Shown here: one piece after another, positions 14,201 through 27,129 of the stretch
Layout of the letters: each line of letters starts with the position of its first letter
Numbering within the stretch: the stretch's first letter is position 1
Origin: Eledone cirrhosa
Lineage: Eukaryota
Length of the DNA stretch: 64,000 nt
Direction of reading: 5' to 3'
Assembly: GCA_964016885.1 (NCBI GenBank)
Contig: OZ024742.1
Coordinates: 376,030,001-376,094,000, forward strand
Made by a program: the position numbers and the translations under genes
The notes under the pieces: model-generated
The model's input: only the letters and a program-made list of their open reading frames with translations
Told to the model about the DNA's origin: nothing
Databases searched by the model: none

Positions 14201-16075
14201 TATTGACACTAGTACCAACCTAGTAAACACCAGCTCTGGTTATATAAAACTAGATAGAGAACAACTGGTATTGACACTAGTACCAACCTAGTAAACACCA
14301 GCTCTGGTTATATAAAACTAGATGGAGAACAACTCGTATTGACACTAGTACCAACCTAGTAAACACCAGCTCTAGTTATATAAAACTAGATAGAGAACAA
14401 CTGGTATTGACACTAGTACCAACCTTGTAAACACCAGCTCTGGGTATATAAAACTAGATGGAGAACAACTGGTATTGACACTAGTACCAACCTGGTAAAC
14501 ACCAGCTCTGGTTATATAAAACTAGATAGAGAACAACTGGTATTGACACTAGTACCAACTTAGTAAACACCAGCCCAGGTTATATAAAACTAGATAGAGA
14601 ACAACTGGTATTGACACTAGTACCAACCTAGTAAACACCAGCTCTGGTTATATACAACTAGATAGAGAACAACTGGTATTGACACTAGTACCAACCTAGT
14701 AAACATCAGCTCTGGTTATATAAAATTAGGGAGAGAACTGGTATAGACACTAGTACCAACCTAGTAAACACCAGCTCTGATTACATAAAACTAGATAGAG
14801 AACAACTGGTATTGACACTAGTACCAACCTAGTAAACACCAGCTCTGTTTATATACAACTAGATAGAGAACAACTGGTATTGACACTAGTACCAACCTAG
14901 TAAACACCAGCTCTGGTTATATAAAACTAGATAGAGAACAACTGGTATTGAGACTAGTACCAACCTAGTAAACACCAGCTCTGGTAATATAAAACTAGAT
15001 AGACAACTGGTATAGACACTAGTACCAACCTAGTAAACACCAGCTCTGGTTATATAAAACTAGATAGAGAACAACTGGTATTGACACTAGTACCAACCTA
15101 GTAAACACCAGCTCTGGTTATATACAACTAGATAGACAACTGGTATTGACACTAGTACCAACCTAGTAAACACCAGCCCTGGTAATATAAAACTAGATGG
15201 AGTACAACTGGTATTGACACTAGTACCAATCTAGTAAACACAAGCTCTGGTAATATAAAACTAGATAGAGAACAACTGGTATTGAGACTAGTACCAACCT
15301 AGTAAACACCAGCTCTGGTTATATAAAACTAGATAGAGAACAACTGGTATTGACACTAGTACCAACCTGGTAAACACCAGCTTTGGTTATATACAACTAG
15401 ATAAAGAACTGGTATTGACACTAGTACCAACCTAGTAAACACCAGCCCTGGTAATATAAAACTCGATGGAGTACACATGGTATTGACACTAGTACCAATC
15501 TAGTAAACACAAGCTCTGGTAATATAAAACTAGATAGAGAACAACTGGTATTGAGACTAGTACCAACCTAGTAAACACCAGCTCTGGTTATATAAAACTA
15601 GATAGAGAACAACTGGTATTGACACTAGAACCAACCTAGTAAACACCAGCTCTGGTTATATAAAACTAGATAGACAACTGGTATGGACACTAGTACCAAC
15701 CTAGTAAACACTAGCTCTGGTTATATAAAACTAGATAGAGAACAACTGGTATTGACACTAGTACCAACCTAGTAAACACTAGCTCTGGTTATATAAAACT
15801 AGATGGAGAACAACTGGTATTGACACTAGTACCAATCTAGTAAACACCAGCTCTGGTTATATAAAACTAGATAGAGAACAACTGGTATTGACACTAGTAC
15901 CAACCTAGTAAACACCAGCTCTGGTTATATAAAACTAGATAGAGAACAACTGGTATTGACACTAGTACCAACCTAGTAAACACCAGCTCTGGTTATATAA
16001 AACTAGGGAGAGAACAACTGGTATTGACACTAGTACCAACCTAGTAAACACCAGCTCTGGTTATATAAAACTAGA
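10435..16075. repeat. Near-identical tandem duplication with 2824-bp offset (42 monomers)
   Basis: TACCATCC 10451/13275, TTGTAAAC 11601/14425, CTGTTTAT 12021/14845 and GATGGAGTACACATGG 12641/15465 are all offset by 2824. Confidence 0.93.
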
Positions 16076-19000
16076 TGGAGAACAACTGGTATTGAGACTA
16101 GTACCAACCTAGTAAACACCAGCTCTGGTTATATAAAACTAGATAGACAACTGGTATTGCCACTAGTACCAACCTAGTAAACACCATCTCTGGTTATATA
16201 AAACTAGATAGAGAACAACTGGTATTGAGACTAGTACCAACCTAGTAAACACCAGCTCTGGTTATATAAAACTAGATAGACAACTGGTATTGCAACTAGT
16301 ACCAACCTAGTAAACACCAGCTCTGGTTATATAAAACTAGATAGAGAACAACTGGTATTGCCACTAGTACCAACCTAGTAAACACCAGCTCTGGTTATAT
16401 AAAACTAGATAGAGAACAACTGGTATTGCCACTAGTACCAACCTAGTAAACACCAGCTCTGGTTATATAAAACTAGATGGAGAACAACTGGTATTGACAC
16501 TAGTACCAACCTAGTAAACACCAGCTCTGGTTATATAAAACTAGATGGAGAACAATTGGTATTGACACTAGTACCAACCTAGTAAACACCAGCTCTGGTT
16601 ATACAAAACTAAATAGAGAACAACTGGTATTGACACTAGTACCAACCTAGTAAACACCAGCTCTGGTTATATAAAATTAGATAGTGAACAACTGGTATTG
16701 ACACTAGTACCAACCTAGTAAACACCAGCTCTGGTAATATAAAACTAGATGGAGAACAACTGGTATTGACACTAGTACCAACCTGGTAAACACCAGCGCT
16801 GGTTATACAAAACTTTCATAGGAACAACAGGTATTGACACTAGTAACAACCTAGTAAACACCAGCCCTGGTTATATAAAACTAGATAGACAACTGGTATT
16901 GACACTAGTACCAACCTAGTAAACACCAGCTCTGGTTATATAAAACTAGGGAGAGAACTGGTATTGAGACTAATACCAACCTAGTAACCACCAGCTCTGG
17001 TTATATAAAACTAGGGAGAGAACTGGTATTGACACTAGTACCAACCTAGTAAACACTAGCTCTGGTTATATAAAACTAGATAGAGAACAACTGGTATTGA
17101 CACTAATACCAACCTAGTAAACATTAGCTCTGGTTATATAAAACTAGATGAGGAACAACTGGTATTGACACTAGTACCAACCTAGTAAACACCAGCCCTG
17201 GTAATATAAAACTAGATGGAGAACAACTGGTATTGACACTAGTACCAACCTAGTAAACACAAGCTCTGGTTATATAAAACTAGATAGACAACTGGTATTG
17301 ACACTAGTACCAACCTAGTAAACACCAGCTCTGGTTATATAAAATTAGATGGAGAACAATTGGTATTGACACTAGTACCAACCTAGTAAACACCAGCTCT
17401 GGTTATATAAAACTAAATAGAGTACATCTGGTATTGACACTAGTACCAACCTAGTATACACCATCTCTGGTTATATAAAACTAGATAGAGAACAACTGGT
17501 ATTGACACTAGTACCAACCTAGTAAACACCAGCTCTGGTTATATAAAACTAGATAGAGAACAACTGGTATTGACACTAATACCAACCTAGTAAACACTAG
17601 CTCTGGTTATATAAAACTAGATGAGGAACAACTGGTATTGACACTAGTACCAACCTAGTAAACACCAGCCCTGGTAATATAAAACTAGATGGAGAACAAC
17701 TGGTATTGACACTAGTACCAACCTAGTAAACACCATCTCTGGTCATATAGAACTAGATAGACAACTGGTATTGATACTAGTACCAACCTGGTAAACACCA
17801 GCTCTGGTTATAAAAAACTAGATAGAGCACAACTGGTATTGAGACTAGTACCAACCTAGTAAACACCAGCTCTGGTTATATAAAACTAGATAGAGAACAA
17901 CTGGTATTGAGACTAGTACCAACCTAGTAAACACCAGCTCTGGGTATATAAAACTAGATGGAGAACAACTGGTATTGACACTAGTACCAACATGGTAAAG
18001 ACCAGCTCTGGTTATATAAAACTAGATAGAGAACAACTGGTATTGACACTAGTACCATCCTAGTAAACACCAGCCCAGGTTATATGAAACTAGATAGAGA
18101 ACAACTGGTATTGACACTAGTACTAACCTAGTAAACACCAGCTCTGGTTATATAAAATTAGGGAGAGAACTGGTATAGACACTAGTACCAACCTAGTAAA
18201 CACCAGCTCTGATTACATAAAACTAGATAGAGAACAACTGGTATCGACACTAGAACCAACCTAGTAAACACCAGCTCTGGTTATATACAACTAGATAGAG
18301 AACAACTGGTATTGACACTAGTACCAACCTAGTAAACACCAGCTCTGGTTATATAAAACTAGATAGAGAACAAATGGTATTGAGACTAGTACCAACCTAG
18401 TAAACACCAGCTCTGGTAATATAAAACTAGATAGACAACTGGTATAGACACTAGTACCAACCTAGTAAACACCAGCTCTGGTTATATAAAACAAGACAGA
18501 GAACAACTGGTATTGACACTAGTACCAACCTAGTAAACACCAGCTCTGGTTATATACAACTAGATAGACAACTGGTATTGACACTAGTACCAACCTAGTA
18601 AACACCAGCCCTGGTAATATAAAACTAGATGGAGTACACCTGGTATTGACACTAGTACCAATCTAGTAAACACAAGCTCTGGTAATATAAAACTAGATAG
18701 AGAACAACTGGTATTGAGACTAGTACCAACCTAGTAAACACCAGCTCTGGTTATATAAAACTAGATAGAGAACAACTGGTATTGAGACTAGTACCAACCT
18801 AGTAAACACCAGCTCTGGTTATATAAAACTAGATAGACAACTGGTATGGACACTAGTACCAACCTAGTAAACACTAGCTCTGGTTATATAAAACTAGATA
18901 GAGAACAACTGGTATTGACACTAGTACCAACCTAGTAAACACTAGCTCTGGTTATATAAAACTAGATGGAGAACAACTGGTATTGACACTAGTACCAATC

Positions 19001-20569
19001 TAGTAAACACCAACTCTGGTTATATAAAACTAGATAGAGAACAACTGGTATTGACACTAGTACCAACCTAGTGAACACCAGCTCTGGTTATATAAAACTA
19101 GATAGAGAACAACTGGTATTGACACTAGTACCAACCTAGTAAACACCAGCTCTGGTTATATAAAACTAGGGAGAGAACAACTGGTATTGACACTAGTACC
19201 AACCTAGTAAACACCAGCTCTGGTTATATAAAACTAGATGGAGAACAACTGGTATTGAGACTAGTACCAACCTAGTAAACACCAGCTCTGGTTATATAAA
19301 ACTAGATAGACAACTGGTATTGCAACTAGTACCAACCTAGTAAACACCAGCTCTGGTTATATAAAACTAGATAGAGAACAACTGGTATTGCCACTAGTAC
19401 CAACCTAGTAAACACCAGCTCTGGTTATATAAAACTAGATAGAGAACAACTGGTATTGCCACTAGTACCAACCTAGTAAACACCAGCTCTGGTTATATAA
19501 AACTAGATGGAGAACAACTGGTATTGACACTAGTACCAACCTAGTAAACACCAGCTCTGGTTATATAAAACTAGATGGAGAACAATTGGTATTGACACTA
19601 GTACCAACCTAGTAAACACCAGCTCTGGTAATATAAAACTAGATGGAGAACAACTGGTATTGACACTAGTACCAACCTGGTAAACACCAGCGCTGGTTAT
19701 ACAAAACTTTCATAGAGAACAACAGGTATTGACACTAGTAACAACCTAGTAAACACCAGCCCTGGTTATATAAAACTAGATAGACAACTGGTATTGACAC
19801 TAGTACCAACCTAGTAAACACCAGCTCTGGTTATATAAAACTAGGGAGAGAACTGGTATTGAGACTAATACCAACCTAGTAACCACCAGCTCTGGTTATA
19901 TAAAACTAGATAGACAACTGGTATTGACACTAGTACCAACCTAGTAAACACCAGCTCTGGTTATATAAAACTAGATAGAGAACAACTGGTATTGACACTA
20001 GTACCAACCTAGTAAACACCAGCTCTGGTTATATACAACTCGATAGAGAACAACTGGTATTGACACTAGTACCAACCTAATAAACACCAGCTCTGGTTAT
20101 ATACAACTAGATAGAGAACAACTGGTATTGACACTAGGACCAACCTAGTAAACACCAGCTCTGGTTATATAAAAGTAGATAGAGAACAACTGGTATTGAG
20201 ACTAGTACCAACCTAGTAAACACCAGCTCTGGTTATATAAAACTAGATAGACAACTGGTATAGACACTAGTACCAACCTAGTTAACACCAGCTCTGGTTA
20301 TATAAAACTAGATAGAGAACAACTGGTATTGACACTAGTACCAACCTAGTAAACACCAGCTCTGGTTATATACAACTAGATAGAGAACAACTGGTATTGA
20401 CACTAGGACCAACATAGTAAACACCAGCTCTGGTTATGTAAAACTAGATAGACAACTGGTATTGACACTAGTACCAACCTAGTAAACACCAGCCCTAGTA
20501 ATATAAAACTAGATAGAGAACAACTGGTATTGACACTAGTACCAACCTAGTAAACACCAGCTCTGGTTA

Positions 20570-21960
20570 TATAAAACTAGGGAGAGAACAACTGGTATTG
20601 ACACTAGTACCAACCTAGTAAACACCAGCTCTGGTTATATAAAACTAGATGGAGAACAATTGGTATTGACACTAGTACCAACCTAGTAAACACCAGCTCT
20701 GGTTATATAAAACTAGGGAGAGAACAACTGGTATTGACACTAGTACCAACCTAGTAAACACCAGCTCTGGTTATATAAAACTAGATGGAGAACAATTGGT
20801 ATTGACACTAGTACCAACCTAGTAAACACCAGCTCTGGTTATATAAAACTAGATGGAGAACAATTGGTATTGACACTAGTACCAACCTAGTAAACACCAG
20901 CTCTGGTTATATAAAACTAGGGAGAGAACAACTGGTATTGACACTAGTACCAACCTAGTAAACACCAGCTCTGGTTATATAAAACTAGATGGAGAACAAT
21001 TGGTATTGACACTAGTACCAACCTAGTAAACACCAGCTCTGGTTATATAAAACTAGATGGAGAACAATTGGTATTGACACTAGTACCAACCTAGTAAACA
21101 CCAGCTCTGGTTATACAAAACTAGATAGAGAACAACTGGTATTGACACTAGTACCAACCTAGTAAACACCAGCTCTGGTTATATAAAACTAGATGGAGAA
21201 CAATTGGTATTGACACTAGTACCAACCTAGTAAACACCAGCTCTGGTTATACAAAGCTAGATAGAGAACAACTGGTATTGACACTAGTACCAACCTAGTA
21301 AACACCAGCTCTGGTTATATAAAACTAGATGGAGAACAATTGGTATTGACACTAGTACCAACCTAGTAAACACCAGCTCTGGTTATACAAAACTAGATAG
21401 AGAACAACTGGTATTGACACTAGTACCAACCTAGTAAACACCAGCTCTGGTTATATAAAACTAGATGGAGAACAATTGGTATTGACACTAGTACCAACCT
21501 AGTAAACACCAGCTCTGGTTATATAAAACTAGATGGAGAACAATTGGTATTGACACTAGTACCAACCTAGTAAACACCAGCTCTGGTTATATAAAACTAG
21601 GGAGAGAACAACTGGTATTGACACTAGTACCAACCAAGTAAACACCAGCTCTGGTTATATAAAACTAGATGGAGAACAATTGGTATTGATACTAGTACCA
21701 ACCTAGTAAACACCAGCTCTGGTTATATAAAACTAGATGGAGAACAATTGGTATTGACACTAGTACCAACCTAGTAAACACCAGCTCTGGTTATATAAAA
21801 CTAGGGAGAGAACAACTGGTATTGACACTAGTACCAACCTAGTAAACACCAGCTCTGGTTATATAAAACTAGATGGAGAACAATTGGTATTGACACTAGT
21901 ACCAACCTAGTAAACACCAGCTCTGGTTATACAAAACTAGATAGAGAACAACTGGTATTG
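20570..21960. repeat. Local expansion built from only three monomer types
   Basis: About 20 consecutive monomers use only the junction types GGGAGAGAACAACTGG, GATGGAGAACAATTGG or TATACAAAACTAGATAG. Confidence 0.85.
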
Positions 21961-24900
21961 ACACTAGTACCAACCTAGTAAACACCAGCTCTGGTTATAT
22001 AAAACTAGATAGAGAACAACTGGTATTGCCACTAGTACCAACCTAGTAAACACCAGCTCTGGTTATATAAAACTAGATAGAGAACAACTGGTATTGCCAC
22101 TAGTACCAACCTAGTAAACACCAGCTCTGGTTATATAAAACTAGATAGGGAACAACTGGTATTGACACTAGTACCAACCTAGTAAACACCAGCTCTGGTT
22201 ATATAAAACTAGATAGACAACTGGTATTGCCACTAGTACCAACCTAGTAAACACCAGCTCTGGTTATATAAAACTAGATAGAGAACAACTGGTATTGACA
22301 CTAGTACCAATCTAGTAAACACCAGCTCTGGTTATATAAAACTAGATAGACAACTGGTATTGACACTAGTATCAACCTAGTAAACACCAGCTCTGGTTAT
22401 ATAAAACTAAATAGAGTACATCTGGTATTGACACTAGTACCAACCTAGTATACACCAGCTCTGGTTATATAAAACTAGATAGAGAACAACTGGTATTGAC
22501 ACTAGTACCAACCTAGTAAACACCAGCCCTGGTAATATAATAGAGAACAACTGGTATTGACACTAGTACCAACCTAGTAAACACCAGCTCTGGATATATA
22601 AAACTAGATAGAGAACAACTGGTATTGAGACTAGTACCAACCTAGTAAACACCAGCTCTGGTTATATAAAACTAGATAGAGAACAACTGGTATTGACACT
22701 AGTACCAACCTAGTAAACACCAGCTCTGGTTATATAAAACTAGATAGAGAACAACTGGTATTGACACTAGTACCAATCTAGTAAACACCAGCTCTGGTTA
22801 TATAAAACTAGATAGACAACTGGTATTGACACTAGTACCAACCTAGTAAACACCAGCCCTGGTAATATAATAGAGAACAACTGGTATTGACACTAGTACC
22901 AACCTAGTAAACACCAGCTCTGGATATATAAAACTAGATAGAGAACAACTGGTATTGAGACTAGTACCAACCTAGTAAACACCAGCTCTGGTCATATAAA
23001 ACTAGATAGAGAAAAACTGGTATTGACACTAGTACCAACCTAGTAAACACCAGCTCTGGTTATATAAAACTAGATAGAGCACAACTGGTATTGACACACG
23101 TACCAACCTGGTAAACACCAGCTCTGGTTATATAAAACTATGGAGAGAACTGGTATTGAAACTAGTACCAACCTAGTAAACACCAGCTCTGGTTATATAA
23201 AACTAGATAGAGAACAACTGGTATTGACACTAGTACCAACCTAGTAAACACCAGCTCTGGTTATATAGAACTAGATAGACAACTGGTATTGACACTAGTA
23301 CCAACCTGGTAAACACCAGCTCTGGTTATATAAAACTAGATAGAGCACAACTGGTATTGAGACTAGTACCAACCTAGTAAACACCAACTCTGGTTATACA
23401 AAATTAGATAGAGAACAACTGGTATTGAGACTAGTGCCAACCTAGTAAACACCAGTTCTGGTTATATAAAACTAGATGGAGAACAACTGGTATTGACACT
23501 AGTACCAACCTGGTAAACACCAGCTCTGGTTATATAAAACTAAATAGAGAACAACTGGTATTGAGACTAGTACCAACCTAGTAAACACCAGCTCTGGTTA
23601 TATAAAACTAGATGGAGAACAACTGGTATTGACACTAGTACCAACCTAGTAAACACCAGCCCAGGTTATATAAAACTAGATAGAGAACAACTGGTATTGA
23701 CACTAGTACCAACCTAGTAAACACCAGCTCTGGTTATATAAAACTAGGGAGAGAACTGGTATAGACACTAGTACCAACCTAGTAAACACCAGCTCTTGTT
23801 ATATAAAACTAGATAGAGAACAACTGGTATTGACACTAGTACCAACCTAGTAAACACCAGCTCTGGTTATATAAAACTAGATAGAGAACAACTGGTATTG
23901 ACACTAGGACCAACCTAGTAAACACCAGCTCTGGTTATATGAAACTAGATAGAGAACAACTGGTATTGAGACTAGTACCAACCTAGTAAACACCAGCTCT
24001 GGTTAGATAAAACTAGATAGACAACTGGTATTGACACTAGTACCAACCTAATAAACACCAGATCTGGTTATATAAAACTAGATAGACAACTGGTATTGAC
24101 ACTAGTACTAACCTAGTAAACACCAGCTCTGGTTATATAAAACTAGATAGACAACTGGTATTGCAACTAGTACCAACCTAGTAAACACCAGCTCGGGTTA
24201 TATAAAACTAGATAGAGAACAACTGGTATTGACACTAGTACCAACCTAGTAAACACCAGCTCTGGTAATATAACTAGATAGAGAACAACTGGTATTGAGA
24301 CTAGTACCAACCTAGTAAACACCAGCTCTGGTTATATAAAACTAGATAGACAACTGGTATTGCCACTAGTACCAACCTAGTAAACACCAGCTCTGGTTAT
24401 ATAAAACTAGGGAGAGAACAACTGGTATTGACACTATTACCAACCTAGTAAACACCAGCTCTGGTTATATAAAACTAGATGGAGAACAATTGGTATTGAC
24501 ACTAGTACCAACCTAGTAAACACCAGCTCTGGTTATACAAAACTAGATAGAGAACAACTGGTATTGACACTAGTACCAACCTAGTAAACACCAGCTCTAG
24601 TTATATAAAACTAGATGGAGAACAACTGGTATTGACACTAGTACCAACCTAGTAAACACCAGCTCTGGTTATATAAAACTAGATAGACAACTGGTATTGC
24701 CACTAGTACCAACCTAGTAAACACCAGCTCTGGTTATATAAAACTAGATAGAGAACAACTGGTATTGAGACTAGTACCAACCTAGTAAACACCAGCTCTG
24801 GTTATATAAAACTAGATAGACAACTGGTATTGCAACTAGTACCAACCTAGTAAACACCAGCTCGGGTTATATAAAACTAGATAGAGAACAACTGGTATTG

Positions 24901-27129
24901 CCACTAGTACCAACCTAGTAAACACCAGCTCTAGTTATATAAAACTAGATGGAGAACAACTGGTATTGACACTAGTACCAACCTAGTAAACACCAGCTCT
25001 GGTTATATAAAACTAGATGGAGAACAATTGGTATTGACACTAGTACCAACCTAGTAAACACCAGCTCTGGTTATACAAAACTAAATAGAGAACAACTGGT
25101 ATTGACACTAGTACCAACCTAGTAAACACCAGCTCTGGTTATATAAAATTAGATAGTGAACAACTGGTATTGACACTAGTACCAACCTAGTAAACACCAG
25201 CTCTGGTAATATAAAACTAGATGGAGAACAACTGGTATTGACACTAGTACCAACCTGGTAAAAACCAGCTCTGGTTATACAAAACTTTCATAGAGAACAA
25301 CTGGTATTGACACTAGTAACAACCTAGTAAACACCAGCCCTGGTTATATAAAACTAGATAGACAACTGGTATTGACACTAGTACCAACCTAGTAAACACC
25401 AGCTCTGGTTATATAAAACTAGGGAGAGAACTGGTATTGAGACTAATACCAACCTAGTAAACACCAGCTCTGGTTATATAAAACTAGATAAACAACTGGT
25501 ATTGACACTAGTACCAACCTAGTAAACACCAGCTCTGGTTATATAAAACTAGATAGAGAACAACTGGTATTGACACTAGTACCAACCTAGTAAACACCAG
25601 CTCTGGTTATATAAAACTAGATAGAGAACAACTGGTATTGAGACTAGTACCAACCTAGTAAACACCAGCTCTGGTTATATAAAACTAGATAGACAACTGG
25701 TATAGACACTAGTACCAACCTAGTTAACACCAGCTCTGGTTATATAAAACTAGATAGAGAACAACTGGTATTGACACTAGTACCAACCTAGTAAACACCA
25801 GCTCTGGTTATATACAACTAGATAGAGAACAACTGGTATTGACACTAGGACCAACATAGTAAACACCAGCTCTGGTTATGTAAAACTAGATAGACAACTG
25901 GTATTGACACTAGTACCAACCTAGTAAACACCAGCCCTAGTAATATAAAACTAGATAGAGAACAACTGGTATTGACACTAGTACCAACCTAGTAAACACC
26001 AGCTCTGGTTATATAAAACTAGGGAGAGAACAACTGGTATTGACACTAGTACCAACCTAGTAAACACCAGCTCTGGTTATATAAAACTAGATGGAGAACA
26101 ATTGGTATTGACACTAGTACCAACCTAGTAAACACCAGCTCTGGTTATACAAAACTAGATAGAGAACAACTGGTATTGACACTAGTACCAACCTAGTAAA
26201 CACCAGCTCTGGTAATATAAAACTAGGGAGAGAACAACTGGTATTGACACTAGTACCAACCTAGTAAACACCAGCTCTGGTTATATAAAACTAGGGAGAG
26301 AACAACTGGTATTGACACTAGTACCAACCTAGTAAACACCAGCTCTGGTTATATAAAACTAGATGGAGAACAACTGGTATTGAGACTAGTACCAACCTAG
26401 TAAACACCAGCTCTGGTTATATAAAACTAGATAGACAACTGGTATAGACACTAGTACCAACCTAGTTAACACCAGCTCTGGTTATATAAAACTAGATAGA
26501 GAACAACTGGTATTGAGACTAGTACCAACCTAGTAAACACCAGCTCTGGTTATATAAAACTAGATAGACAACTGGTATTGCCACTAGTACCAACCTAGTA
26601 AACACCAGATCTGGTTATATAAAACTAGATAGACAACTGGTATTGCAACTAGTACCAACCTAGTAAACACCAGCTCTGGTTATATAAAACTAGATAGAGA
26701 ACAACTGGTATTGCCACTAGTACCAACCTAGTAAACACCAGCTCTGGTTATATAAAACTAGGGAGAGAACAACTGGTATTGACACTAGTACCAACCTAGT
26801 AAACACCAGCTCTGGTTATATAAAACTAGATGGAGAACAACTGGTATTGACACTAGTACCAACCTAGTAAACACCAGCTCTGGTTATATAAAACTAGGGA
26901 GAGAACAACTGGTATTGACACTAGTACCAACCTAGTAAACACCAGCTCTGGTTATATAAAACTAGATGGAGAACAACTGGTATTGCCACTAGTACCAACC
27001 TAGTAAACACCAGCTCTGGTTATATAAAACTAGGGAGAGAACAACTGGTATTGACACTAGTACCAACCTAGTAAACACCAGCTCTGGTTAAATAAAACTA
27101 GATAGACAACTGGTATTGACACTAGTACC

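Larger units (their letters stand above)
1..16075. repeat. Zone A: higher-order repeat of about 42-43 monomers (2.8-2.9 kb), with internally deleted or rearranged copies
   Basis: Marker CTCTGATTACATA (position of TTACA) at 2201, 5096, 7252, 11957 and 14781, giving offsets 2895, 2156, 4705 and 2824. Co-ordered markers include AACATCAGC, GGAGTACA, CACAAGC, GGTATGGAC, TACCATCC, CAATGTTATT and TGATATACAC. Confidence 0.9.
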
